Origin: Oscillospiraceae bacterium
GTDB taxonomy: Bacteria; Bacillota; Clostridia; Oscillospirales; Oscillospiraceae
Direction of reading: 5' to 3'
Length of the DNA stretch: 64,000 nucleotides
NCBI GenBank assembly: GCA_017425545.1
Contig: JAFPFL010000007.1
Location: 20,418 to 84,417 of the forward strand
The notes under the pieces were generated by a model. The model was given only the letters and a program-made list of their open reading frames with translations, was not told the origin of the DNA and ran no database searches. Both the position numbers and the translations under genes were made by a program. Within the stretch, counting starts at the first letter, position 1, and each line of letters begins with the position of its first letter. Positions 46,910-56,157 of the stretch are shown piece by piece.

Positions 46910-48271
46910 CTACTTTCCCACGCAGAAGCGCGAAAAGATGCCCTGCGTGATGTCCTCGCGGACGGTGCGCCCGGTGAGCTCGCCGAGGGCCTCCATCGCC
47001 GCCTCCAGCTCGATCAGCACCGCGTCCGGCGTGATGCCGGCCTTCATGGCGGCCAGCGCCGCGCGGATGGATTCGGCAGCCCGGCGCACCGCATCGCCCT
47101 GCCGGGTGTTGGTCAGGATCGAGCCGTCGCAGGGCAGGTCGTTGGCAAAGGTCTGCTCGATCCAGTCGCAGAGCGGGACCAGTCCGACGCCTCTTGCCGC
47201 CGAGACCGAGAAGATCGTCTCGAACGGAAGCTGCACGCGGAAGACCCGCTGCTCGAGGTCCGTCTTGTTCAGAACGGCGATCGATCGCGGCGCGGACCGG
47301 GCGGCCTCCATGGCCTTCCGATCCTCCTCGTCCAGGGGAACCGCCGCGTCACAGACGAAGATCGCCAGATCCGCCTGCTTTGCAGCCGCCTTCGAGCGTT
47401 CCACGCCGAGGGCCTCGATCCGGTCGCCGGTCTCGTGGATGCCCGCCGTATCGGTGATCCGGGCGAGCACGCGGCCGAACCGGGCCGTCTCCTCCACCGT
47501 GTCGCGCGTCGTGCCGGGGATCTCAGTGACGATGGCGCGGTCGAAGCCGACCAGGGCGTTGAGCAGGGAAGACTTGCCGGCGTTCGGCTTGCCGATCAGG
47601 GCGATCCGCACGCCCTGCTTCAGGATCCTGCCGCGGTCGCAGGTCGCGTGCAGGGCCTCGAGCGTCTCCGCGTCTTCCCGCAGGGCCGCTTCAAAATCGG
47701 CCAGCTGGAAGTCCGGAATGTCCTCGTCCGGGTAGTCTAAAACCGCGTGGTAGTGGCTGCACAGGCCGACCAGCCCGTCGTAGATCGGCCGCAGCCTGCG
47801 CTCCAGGCTTCCGCCGACCTGCGCCGCCGCATTTGCCGCCATGTCGGTCGTCTGCGCGTCGATCAGGTCGATCACGGCCTCCGCGCAGGTCAGATCCATT
47901 TTTCCGTTCAGGAAGGCCCGTTTTGTGAATTCTCCGGGTCCCGCCTGCCGCGCGCCGGCGCGGAACAGGGCTTCTAGCCCGGCGCTCAGAACGGCGGGCG
48001 AGCCGTGGCAGTGCAGCTCCACGGTGTCCTCTCCGGTATAGCTGTGCGGCGCCCGGCAGAAGACCGCCATTGCCTGATCGATGAGCCGGCCCTGGACGTC
48101 AAAGAGCCTGCCGAGCCAGAGCTTCCGCTCCGCCAGCTTGCCGAGCGGCTTTCCGGCGTACGGCTCGAAGACCTTGCCCACGACGTCCGCGCAGCCCTCG
48201 CCCGACAGGCGCAGGATGCCGATCGCGCAGGGCTGCCTGCCCGTCGAAATCGCCGCGATCACGTCTGACAT
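46910..48271 (-). CDS. mnmE: tRNA modification GTPase MnmE
   Basis: Track ORF trimmed to MSDVIAAISTG. GKPNAGKSSLLNAL, DTAG, C-terminal CVGK. Confidence 0.92.
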   Translation of the reverse strand: MSDVIAAISTGRQPCAIGILRLSGEGCADVVGKVFEPYAGKPLGKLAERKLWLGRLFDVQGRLIDQAMAVFCRAPHSYTGEDTVELHCHGSPAVLSAGLEALFRAGARQAGPGEFTKRAFLNGKMDLTCAEAVIDLIDAQTTDMAANAAAQVGGSLERRLRPIYDGLVGLCSHYHAVLDYPDEDIPDFQLADFEAALREDAETLEALHATCDRGRILKQGVRIALIGKPNAGKSSLLNALVGFDRAIVTEIPGTTRDTVEETARFGRVLARITDTAGIHETGDRIEALGVERSKAAAKQADLAIFVCDAAVPLDEEDRKAMEAARSAPRSIAVLNKTDLEQRVFRVQLPFETIFSVSAARGVGLVPLCDWIEQTFANDLPCDGSILTNTRQGDAVRRAAESIRAALAAMKAGITPDAVLIELEAAMEALGELTGRTVREDITQGIFSRFCVGK

Positions 48272-48416
48272 CGAAGACACCCCCTCGTTTTTCCTCATTA
48301 TATCCCGGGCAGCCGCACAAAACAAGCCTTTTTTCTTGCATTTTTTCCACCGCTCTGCTACAATAGGGGACGATAACGAGCCGAAACGGCAGAACAGCAT
48401 AAAAGGAGAAAAAACC

Positions 48417-49376
48417 ATGAAAATCGTGATTCTGGACGGCGAACGCGCCAACCCCGGCGATCTGAGCTGGGACGGCATCCGCGCCCTCGGCGACGAGCTG
48501 ACGATCTACCCCCGGACCTCTCCCGAGGAGACCGTCGCGCGCATTGCGGACAACGACATCGTCATCGTAAACAAGACCCTGATCCCGCGCTCGGTGATCG
48601 AGGCCTGCCCGAGCATCAAGATGATCACCCTCTTCGCCACCGGCTACAACGTCATCGACGTCAAGGCCGCCCGCGAGCACGGCATCCCGGTCTGCAACAT
48701 CCCGGGCTATTCCACCGACGCAGTCGCTCAGATGGCGACGGCCCTGCTGCTGGAAATCTGCTCCCAGGTCGGCCGCCACAACGAGGCGGTCCACCACGGC
48801 GCCTGGTGCGCCTCCGAGGACTTCAGCTTCACGGTCTCGAGCCTGACGGAGCTCCACGGCAAGACCGCCGGCCTGATCGGCTGCGGCGCGATCGGCCGGG
48901 CCTTTGGCAAGATCCTCAAGGCGATGGGTCTGAACGTGCTCTACTACGCCCGCCACCCGAAGTACGAGCTCGAGGATGAGCAGACCCGCTTCGTCAGCCT
49001 CGACGAGCTCTATGAGAAGTCCGACATCGTCAGCCTGCACATTCCGCTGACCGACGACACGAGAGAGATGATCGACAAGGCTGCCATCGAGAAGATGAAG
49101 GACGGCGTGATCCTGATCAACACGGCCCGCGGCGCGATCCTGAACGAGATCGACGTGGCAGAGGCACTGAAGTCCGGCAAGGTCCGCGCCCTCGGCGCAG
49201 ACGTCGTCAGCGTGGAGCCGATCGAGCCGACGAACCCGCTGCTCGCTGCCCCGAACGCCTATTTCACCCCGCATATCGCCTGGGCGCCGCTCGAGACCCG
49301 CGACCGCCTGCTGAAGATCGTCGCCGAAAACATCCGCTGCTTCCTCGAAGGCCACCCGCAGAACGTGGTCAACTGA
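48417..49376 (+). CDS. D-isomer-specific 2-hydroxyacid dehydrogenase (glycerate dehydrogenase-like)
   Basis: Track ORF trimmed to MKIVILDGE (AAGGAG upstream). GLIGCGAIGRA NAD-binding motif, and FTPHIAW. Confidence 0.88.
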   Translation: MKIVILDGERANPGDLSWDGIRALGDELTIYPRTSPEETVARIADNDIVIVNKTLIPRSVIEACPSIKMITLFATGYNVIDVKAAREHGIPVCNIPGYSTDAVAQMATALLLEICSQVGRHNEAVHHGAWCASEDFSFTVSSLTELHGKTAGLIGCGAIGRAFGKILKAMGLNVLYYARHPKYELEDEQTRFVSLDELYEKSDIVSLHIPLTDDTREMIDKAAIEKMKDGVILINTARGAILNEIDVAEALKSGKVRALGADVVSVEPIEPTNPLLAAPNAYFTPHIAWAPLETRDRLLKIVAENIRCFLEGHPQNVVN

Positions 49377-49584
49377 TTTCATGCAATAGGCGTTAGAAAA
49401 TAGGCAATCGGGGACAGGGGATACGAGCCGAAGCGGCGCACAGTGTGCGCCAGCAAAAACTCCCTCTGCGGGAGAGCCGGCCAAAAGCTCCCCTGCGGGG
49501 CTGACTCTCCGGGGAACAGTTCAGGATTTCATTCTCCGGTTGCGCGGGCTATGCCCGCGGAACTGGAAACCTCATCTTCCACAG

Positions 49585-49632
49585 AAAAAATCCGCACCCG
49601 GAACCTTCCGGGTGCGGATTCAGTTGTTTTTT
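49585..49632. terminator. Bidirectional intrinsic terminator (ispE on the minus strand, dehydrogenase on the plus strand)
   Basis: AATCCGCACCCGGAA-CC-TTCCGGGTGCGGATT is a 15-bp stem flanked by AAAAAA upstream and GTTTTTT downstream. Confidence 0.85.
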
Positions 49633-49636
49633 GCGC

Positions 49637-50494
49637 TCAGACCGCTTTCGCCGTATGTACCTCGGGATACCTTGCCCGCAGCGTCTCCGCCGCGGAAGCG
49701 GCTTTTTCTTCGCCGTCAAACAGCCCGAAGACCACCGAGCCGGTGCCGGTCAGTCTGGCGCCGAGGGCGCCGTTTTCCAGCAGCGTTGTGCGGATCTCCT
49801 GTACCACCGGGTACGTCTGGGCGACGATGGGCTCAAAGGCGTTTTGCAGCAGCCGCCCGATGGCCGGCAGATCACCGGCTTCCAGGGCGGCGACCATGGC
49901 CGCGTTGTCCGGCCGTTCGGTGACACCTTCTGCGTCGATCCTCCGGAACAGCGCCGGAGTAGAGACTGAGAACTCCGGCTTGACCAGCACAAAGCAGGCG
50001 TTCTCCGGCAGCGCGGGCAGCCGGGTCAGGATTTCCCCCCGGCCCTGCGCCAGCGCAGCGCCTCCGAAGAGGCAGTAGGGCACGTCACTGCCGACCGTCA
50101 GGCCGATCGCCCGGAGCTGCGTTTCCGTGAAGCGTCCGTAGTGCCGGTTCAGCGCCCGCAGCACAGCCGCCGCGTCGGAGGACCCGCCGGCCATCCCCGC
50201 CTGGGCGGGAATGGCCTTGCAGATCTCGATGCGCAGTCCGCCGGGATCAAGCGCCGCCGCGTCGAAGTAGGCGCGCGCCGCCTTCCAGCAGAGATTGCCC
50301 TGTCCGTCGGGGATCCCGGGCCGGTCGCAGACGACCGTCCACGGCTGCCCCGTGCCGAGCATCAGACGGACCTCGTCAGAAAGGGAGACCGAGCACATGA
50401 CCATATCGAGGTCATGGTAGCCGTCCGGCCTTCTGCCGAGAATGTCCAGCGTCAGATTGAGCTTGCCGCAAGCGGTTTCCCGCAGGGGGATCAC
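49637..50494 (-). CDS. ispE: 4-diphosphocytidyl-2-C-methyl-D-erythritol kinase
   Basis: KLNLTLDILGRRPDGYHDL, PAQAGMAGGSSDAAA (GHMP kinase motif). Confidence 0.92.
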   Translation of the reverse strand: MIPLRETACGKLNLTLDILGRRPDGYHDLDMVMCSVSLSDEVRLMLGTGQPWTVVCDRPGIPDGQGNLCWKAARAYFDAAALDPGGLRIEICKAIPAQAGMAGGSSDAAAVLRALNRHYGRFTETQLRAIGLTVGSDVPYCLFGGAALAQGRGEILTRLPALPENACFVLVKPEFSVSTPALFRRIDAEGVTERPDNAAMVAALEAGDLPAIGRLLQNAFEPIVAQTYPVVQEIRTTLLENGALGARLTGTGSVVFGLFDGEEKAASAAETLRARYPEVHTAKAV

Positions 50495-51732
50495 TTGATC
50501 TTCCGGCCTTCCAGATAGTAGCGCTTCTCGCGGGCGTGGCCCATGGAGAAGGTCTTGCGGGGCAGGATGCCGTCGGCGATGACGCCGCGGAAGAGCTGGC
50601 TCTTTTCCATGGCGGGCAGCAGGAAGCCGATGGACTTGGGCTGCTTGGCGAGTTTGATCAGCGCGTCGTCGTCATGGATGTAGTCGATCTCGCCCTTGTG
50701 CTCCTTGAGGTACTTGTCCAGGAATGTCTGCAGAGCGCCGACCGCGAGCTGGCTCTTGGCCTTGTCCAGATACACGGTGCCGGACTTCTCACCGATGAAC
50801 CACTTCACAGGGAAGCCGCCCTCGGCGCACCAGGTCTGCTCGAGCTCCTTGAGCAGAGCCTCGGGATCGGTGTTGGCAATGATGCGGTGGATGGGCTCGA
50901 ACACCTGGGCCTCGTCGTGGATGTTCTCCAGCTCGACCAGCGCGAAGCGGGCCGGATGGTTGGACAGATCCTCGCCGGGATGCTGGGCCTTGAGCTCTTC
51001 GTAGCAGCTCTTGGCGGTCGCCAGGCTGTGGTTGCCGTCGCCGACGGCGAAGACCATGGGCACGCCCTTGAGGCCTTCGTACTTCTTGCCGACGTTGGCG
51101 GTGTAATCAGCCAGACGGGCGTTGAAGTCCTCGACGTCCTTGCCCTCGACGAGCCAGCCGGTGATGTGGCCGCCGCCTTCCATGAGGTCAAAGTCGTAGA
51201 GCTTCTTCAGGCTGTCCTTCTTGGCGGCCAGCGGCTCGATCAGGACCTTTTCGTGGTCGTCAGCGAGCATCAGGATGTGGGGGAATTCGATCGGGGCGTC
51301 GCGGCGGACTCTCTGGCGCGGCGGGATGCGCTCGACTACGGTCTTTTCCGTCGCACGGATCGCGGAGGTGGAGCCGACGGAGTAGTCATAGGCGTCGAGA
51401 TCGACCATGCCCATCAGGCCGGTGCGGATGGAGCCGTTGTCTAAGGTGCGCTCGACCAGAACGAAGCTCTGGGGATAGACCGTGAAGACGTCGTTTGCCA
51501 GGTACTCGGCCATCGTCTTGTTGATGAGCTTGGTGTGCTCCGCCTCGGAGGGGGTGCCAAGCTCGGCCTCGGGGAGGATCAGGTTGATCGTGGAGGGGCT
51601 GCCCTCCGCGTTCTTGCGGACGCGGTTCCAGTATTCCTGGTCGGAGGTGAACTGGTCGCAGGCGATGACGGCCCATTTCTCCATCGGGGCGTTCTTGGGC
51701 AAAAGAATGTCAGCGGGTAAAAAAGCGTTCAT
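50491..51732 (-). CDS. Conserved uncharacterised protein (DUF1015-like; family assignment tentative)
   Basis: 413 aa. ADILLPK..MEKWAVIACDQFTS N-terminus and a GDGNHSLATAK motif. 4-nt overlap with the ispE start. Confidence 0.6.
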   Translation of the reverse strand: MNAFLPADILLPKNAPMEKWAVIACDQFTSDQEYWNRVRKNAEGSPSTINLILPEAELGTPSEAEHTKLINKTMAEYLANDVFTVYPQSFVLVERTLDNGSIRTGLMGMVDLDAYDYSVGSTSAIRATEKTVVERIPPRQRVRRDAPIEFPHILMLADDHEKVLIEPLAAKKDSLKKLYDFDLMEGGGHITGWLVEGKDVEDFNARLADYTANVGKKYEGLKGVPMVFAVGDGNHSLATAKSCYEELKAQHPGEDLSNHPARFALVELENIHDEAQVFEPIHRIIANTDPEALLKELEQTWCAEGGFPVKWFIGEKSGTVYLDKAKSQLAVGALQTFLDKYLKEHKGEIDYIHDDDALIKLAKQPKSIGFLLPAMEKSQLFRGVIADGILPRKTFSMGHAREKRYYLEGRKIK

Positions 51733-51910
51733 AACAATACCTCACTTGTCAGTGCATATTTTGGCAGAACAATTATAACAGGAAGCCCGGGAAAATGCAA
51801 CCGGGATTTCAAAGAATCGAATAGAATTCTGTAAATTTTGCATGAAGTATATTTTCTTTATTGGCGGGCAAACTGTAGGGCCAAATCAATTTGACAAGGA
51901 GGCTGTCATT

Positions 51911-52114
51911 ATGGATACAGCTGCATTGCTGATCACAATCATCGGCGCGCTCAACTGGGGCCTGATCTCGCTGTTTCAGTTCGATCTCGTCGCGTGGATC
52001 GGCGGCGGACAGGGCGCTGTGCTCAGCCGCATCATCTACGGGCTCGTCGCTCTGGCGGGCATCTGGTGCATCTCCCTGCTTTTCCGGGACCGCAGACCCG
52101 CGCTCTCCGAGTGA
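51911..52114 (+). CDS. DUF378-family small membrane protein
   Basis: Track ORF trimmed to MDTAALLITIIGALNWGLISLFQFDLV (GGAGG upstream). Two TM helices. Confidence 0.8.
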   Translation: MDTAALLITIIGALNWGLISLFQFDLVAWIGGGQGAVLSRIIYGLVALAGIWCISLLFRDRRPALSE

Positions 52115-52125
52115 GTGAGAGGCCG

Positions 52126-52170
52126 GAATTCTCCGCTGGCAGCCAAACTGCCGGCGGGGAATTCTTTTTT
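52126..52170 (+). terminator. Intrinsic terminator
   Basis: A 17-bp stem (GAATTCTCCGCTGGCAG / CTGCCGGCGGGGAATTC, with G-U pairs) followed by TTTTTT. Confidence 0.8.
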
Positions 52171-52314
52171 GCAAAAAAACCTGAAAAACAGGAAAGTTTT
52201 TATAGCAAATCCCGCCAAACTCTGATATAATACAATATACGATTCTTTACGATGCGGTCTTATACACATTTTTTGAGCGCGCGTCATGCGAAAACAGGCG
52301 GGAGGGCGGCTGAT

Positions 52315-54291
52315 ATGGATCGTAACTTAAAACGGCTGATGCGAAACGAGGCATATCTGTTCTGCGTCGTTCTTCTGATCTTTGCCGGCGTGGAGGCCGT
52401 CTACAGCAGCTATTGGATCGCGCTGGCGATGGCTGCTGTCGGGATCATACTTCTGCTGATTATGATCTTCACGACGCGGCAGCGCGGAAAGAGCATCGCC
52501 GCCTACGTGCAGACGAGCGTCGACCGGCTCAGCCAGTCGGTCGCCGTGAACGCGCCCTATCCGATGGCGACGGTCCAGCTCTCAAACGGCGAGATCCTCT
52601 GGCACAACCATCAGCTTCAGCGGGCCATCGGCACCGGCGAGTCCAAGGTCGGCCAGCGCCTCTCGGACGTGCTGCCGGAGGCGGAGCTCGAATGGGTCAA
52701 GGCCGGCCAGCTTGAGGCGCCGGACGATCAGGTCATCCGCGAGCGCCGCTTCCGCTGTCTGGGCTATGTGCCCAAGTCCGAGGCCGGCGAGCCGGAGGTC
52801 GCGCTTCTGCAGTGGATCGACTCCACCGAGCTGCTCGACACGCGCGACGAGTACTTCCGCTCCCGCCCGGTCGTCTCGATCATCCTGATCGACAACTACG
52901 ACGATCTGACCAACAACCTCAACGACGTCAGCATCTCCAATCTGAATGCCGCGCTCAACAGCCGCATCAGCACCTGGGCGGAGAACATCGGCGGTCTGCT
53001 CAGAAAGCTCGAGCGCAACCGCTTCCTGTTCATCTTTGAATCGAAGGATCTGTTCCGCATCACGGAGGGCAAGTTTTCCCTGCTCGAATCTGTCCGGGAG
53101 ATCACAAACCCGAACGGCATCGCCGCGACGCTCTCCTTCGGCGTCGGCAAGGACGGCGCCGGCTTCCAGGAAAACTACGACTTCGCCGCCCTCGCGCTGG
53201 AGATGGCGCTCTCCCGCGGCGGCGACCAGGCCGTCATCAAGGACAAGTACGATTTCTCCTTCTACGGCGGCCGCGCCGTCGAGACCGAGCGCCGCAGCAA
53301 GGTCAAGTCCCGCGTGATGGCCTCGTCGATGTCCGCCCTGATCGCCCAGTCCAGCCGCGTTTTCCTGATGGGACACAAGAACGCGGACGCGGACGCGATC
53401 GGCGCCGCCTGCGGCGTCGCGGCCCTGTGCCGGAGCCTGGGCAAGCGGGTCAATATCATCGTGGACCTCGAGAACACGACAGCGCCGAAGCTGATCTCCC
53501 TGATCCGCAGGGACGAACAGTACGCCGACGTCTTCCTCTCCGCGGAGGATGCGCTGATCGCGGCGGATCCGAACAGCCTGCTCGTCGTCGTGGATACGAA
53601 CCGCCCCGAGCAGGTCGAGAGCAAGGCGCTTCTGGAGTCCATCCCGCGCGTTGCCGTCGTGGACCATCACCGCCGCGCGGCGGACTACATTGCCAATGCA
53701 GCCCTCAATCTGCATGAGCCCTTCGCCTCCTCCGCGAGCGAGCTTGTCACCGAGCTTCTGACCTATGCGGTGGACGCCAAGACGATCCTGCCCTGCGAGC
53801 TCTCCGCGCTCATGGCGGGCATCGTGCTCGATACCAAGAATTTCACGGTCCGCGTGAACAGCCGGACCTTTGAGGCCGCGGCCTTTCTGCGCATGCAGGG
53901 CGCGGACCCGGTCGAGATCAAAAAGCTGTTCAAGAATGACTTCGAGGACACGGTCCAGCGCTACCGGATCGTGGAGCAGGCCAGGGTCTACCACGGCAGC
54001 ATCGCCATCTCCTGCCAGGACAGCGAGATCAACCGCGCCCTGGCCGGCCAGGCGGCGGACGAGCTGCTGAACATCGACGGGATCGACTCCTCCTTCGTCC
54101 TCTTCCGGCAGAAGGACCGCGTGTTCGTCTCGGCGCGTTCGGTCGGCTCGATCAACGTGCAGATGGTGCTTGAGCCGCTCGGCGGCGGCGGCAACGCCGC
54201 GACGGCCGGCGTCCAGCTCCGCGACGTCACGGTGGAACAGGCAAAGGGCCTCGTTGTCAACGCGATCGACCGCTACTTTATCAGCGAATAG
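52315..54291 (+). CDS. gdpP: Cyclic-di-AMP phosphodiesterase GdpP (DHH/DHHA1 family)
   Basis: Track ORF trimmed to MDRNLKRLMRNE. Two N-terminal TM helices, PAS-like and degenerate GGDEF regions, DHH motifs (HKNADADAIG, VVDHHRR) and a GGGG DHHA1 motif. Conserved gdpP-rplI-dnaB order. Confidence 0.88.
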   Translation: MDRNLKRLMRNEAYLFCVVLLIFAGVEAVYSSYWIALAMAAVGIILLLIMIFTTRQRGKSIAAYVQTSVDRLSQSVAVNAPYPMATVQLSNGEILWHNHQLQRAIGTGESKVGQRLSDVLPEAELEWVKAGQLEAPDDQVIRERRFRCLGYVPKSEAGEPEVALLQWIDSTELLDTRDEYFRSRPVVSIILIDNYDDLTNNLNDVSISNLNAALNSRISTWAENIGGLLRKLERNRFLFIFESKDLFRITEGKFSLLESVREITNPNGIAATLSFGVGKDGAGFQENYDFAALALEMALSRGGDQAVIKDKYDFSFYGGRAVETERRSKVKSRVMASSMSALIAQSSRVFLMGHKNADADAIGAACGVAALCRSLGKRVNIIVDLENTTAPKLISLIRRDEQYADVFLSAEDALIAADPNSLLVVVDTNRPEQVESKALLESIPRVAVVDHHRRAADYIANAALNLHEPFASSASELVTELLTYAVDAKTILPCELSALMAGIVLDTKNFTVRVNSRTFEAAAFLRMQGADPVEIKKLFKNDFEDTVQRYRIVEQARVYHGSIAISCQDSEINRALAGQAADELLNIDGIDSSFVLFRQKDRVFVSARSVGSINVQMVLEPLGGGGNAATAGVQLRDVTVEQAKGLVVNAIDRYFISE

Positions 54292-54327
54292 AGAACCGTT
54301 CCGGCTCAATGAAAGGAGTGCTTTTCG

Positions 54328-54771
54328 ATGAAAGTGATTTTACTGCAGGACGTGCGCGGCCAGGGGAAAAAGGGCCAGCTCGTGGAGGTTTCGGACGGCT
54401 TTGCCCGCAACTTCCTCTTCCCCCGCAAGATGGCGCTGGAGGCGACTGCGGACAACGTCAACACGATGAAAATGAACAACAAGGCCAAGCAGGAGAAGGA
54501 GCAGCGCCAGCGCGAGGAAGCGGCTGCGCTCGCTTCGAAGCTGCGTGATATGACCCTCGTGCTCTATGCCAAGGGCGGCGGCGCCGGCCGGCTGTTTGGC
54601 TCCGTCACGAGCCAGGAGGTCTCCGACGCGCTCAAGGAGCAGGGCTACGAGCTCGACAAGCGCAGGATCCTGATCGAGGAGCCGATCAAGACGGTCGGTC
54701 TGTATACGGTCAAATGCAAGCTCGGCTACGAGATCAACGCGCCGCTGAAGCTTGACGTGCGCGAGAAGTAA
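54328..54771 (+). CDS. rplI: 50S ribosomal protein L9
   Basis: MKVILLQDVRGQGKKGQLVEVSDGFARNFL. Confidence 0.95.
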   Translation: MKVILLQDVRGQGKKGQLVEVSDGFARNFLFPRKMALEATADNVNTMKMNNKAKQEKEQRQREEAAALASKLRDMTLVLYAKGGGAGRLFGSVTSQEVSDALKEQGYELDKRRILIEEPIKTVGLYTVKCKLGYEINAPLKLDVREK

Positions 54772-54777
54772 GACGCC

Positions 54778-56127
54778 ATGGCGGAATTTGACGATGTGCT
54801 GAACCGCCAGCCGCCCCAGTCTCTGGAGGCGGAGCAGGCGGTGCTTGGCGCGATGCTGATCGACAGCCGCTGCGTGGCCGACGTGGTCGGCCTGCTCAAG
54901 CCGGAGGACTTCTTCCTCAAGCAGAACCAGGAGCTCTACGAGACCATCTATCTGATGTTCAACTTCGGCGAGGCGGTCGACCTCGTGACGGTGCTCGACA
55001 AGCTCAGGCAGAACGGCTATTACGACGAGCAGTCGACCCCGGCCTACATCCGCCAGCTGATGGAGATCACGCCGACCGCCGCGAACGTAAAATACTATGC
55101 CGAGATCGTCCGCGACAAGGCGATCCTGCGCAGCCTCTCGAAAACGGCGGACGAGATCAACGACGACGTCTACCGCGGCGAGGGCACGACGAACGACATT
55201 CTGACGAACGCCGAGCGGAAGATCTTCTCGATCAGCCGCGGCAACGCGGACGAGGCTCTCGAGCGGATCGGGACGGTCATGACCAAGATCTTCGCCCGTC
55301 TCAACGAGCTTGCCAAGTCCGACAGCGCCTATCCGGGCTACTCCTGCGGTCTGCGGGATCTCGACCGGAAGATCAACGGCCTCAACAACTCCGACCTGAT
55401 CGTGATCGCAGCCCGCCCCGGCATGGGCAAGACGACGCTCGCCCTCAATATGGTCTCCAACGTGGCGAAGCAGACTGGCAAGACCGTCGCCTTCTTCAGC
55501 CTGGAGATGTCCCGCGAGCAGCTCGGCACCCGTCTGCTCGCTGCGGAGAGCTTTGTCGACTCCAACAAGCTGATCACCGGCAAGCTCGGGACCGACGACT
55601 GGGAAAAGATCGGCGTCGCCGCGGCCGCGCTGGCGCAGACCGACATCCGCGTGGACGACAACCCCGCCATCACCGTGGCGGAGATGAACTCCCTCTGCCG
55701 CCGCGTGGACAACCTCGGCCTGGTCGTTGTGGACTATCTGCAGCTCATGACCGGCGCCGGCGGCTCCACAAAGGGCGAAAACCGCGTCCAGATCGTCGGC
55801 GACATTTCCCGTTCGCTCAAGATCATGGCCAAAGAGCTCAACGTCCCGGTCATCTGCATGAGCCAGCTCTCCCGTGCCGCCGAGGGGCGCAACGACAAGC
55901 GCCCGATGCTCTCGGACCTGCGCGAATCCGGCGCCATCGAGCAGGACGCCGACCAGGTCATCCTCCTCTACCGCGACGACTACTACAACCCCAACAGCGA
56001 GGAGAAGAACATCTGCGAGTGCAACGTGGCGAAAAACCGTCACGGCGAACCGGGCGTCGTCAAGGTCGCCTGGCTGCCGCAGTTCTTCACCTTCTCCGAT
56101 CTCGATTCGATCCATACCGAACGCTGA
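54778..56127 (+). CDS. dnaB: Replicative DNA helicase (DnaB family)
   Basis: PPQSLEAEQAVLGAML, ARPGMGKTTLALN, SQLSRAAE. Confidence 0.95.
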   Translation: MAEFDDVLNRQPPQSLEAEQAVLGAMLIDSRCVADVVGLLKPEDFFLKQNQELYETIYLMFNFGEAVDLVTVLDKLRQNGYYDEQSTPAYIRQLMEITPTAANVKYYAEIVRDKAILRSLSKTADEINDDVYRGEGTTNDILTNAERKIFSISRGNADEALERIGTVMTKIFARLNELAKSDSAYPGYSCGLRDLDRKINGLNNSDLIVIAARPGMGKTTLALNMVSNVAKQTGKTVAFFSLEMSREQLGTRLLAAESFVDSNKLITGKLGTDDWEKIGVAAAALAQTDIRVDDNPAITVAEMNSLCRRVDNLGLVVVDYLQLMTGAGGSTKGENRVQIVGDISRSLKIMAKELNVPVICMSQLSRAAEGRNDKRPMLSDLRESGAIEQDADQVILLYRDDYYNPNSEEKNICECNVAKNRHGEPGVVKVAWLPQFFTFSDLDSIHTER

Positions 56128-56157
56128 GCGTATGTTTTTGCGAGGAACGCATAGGAT

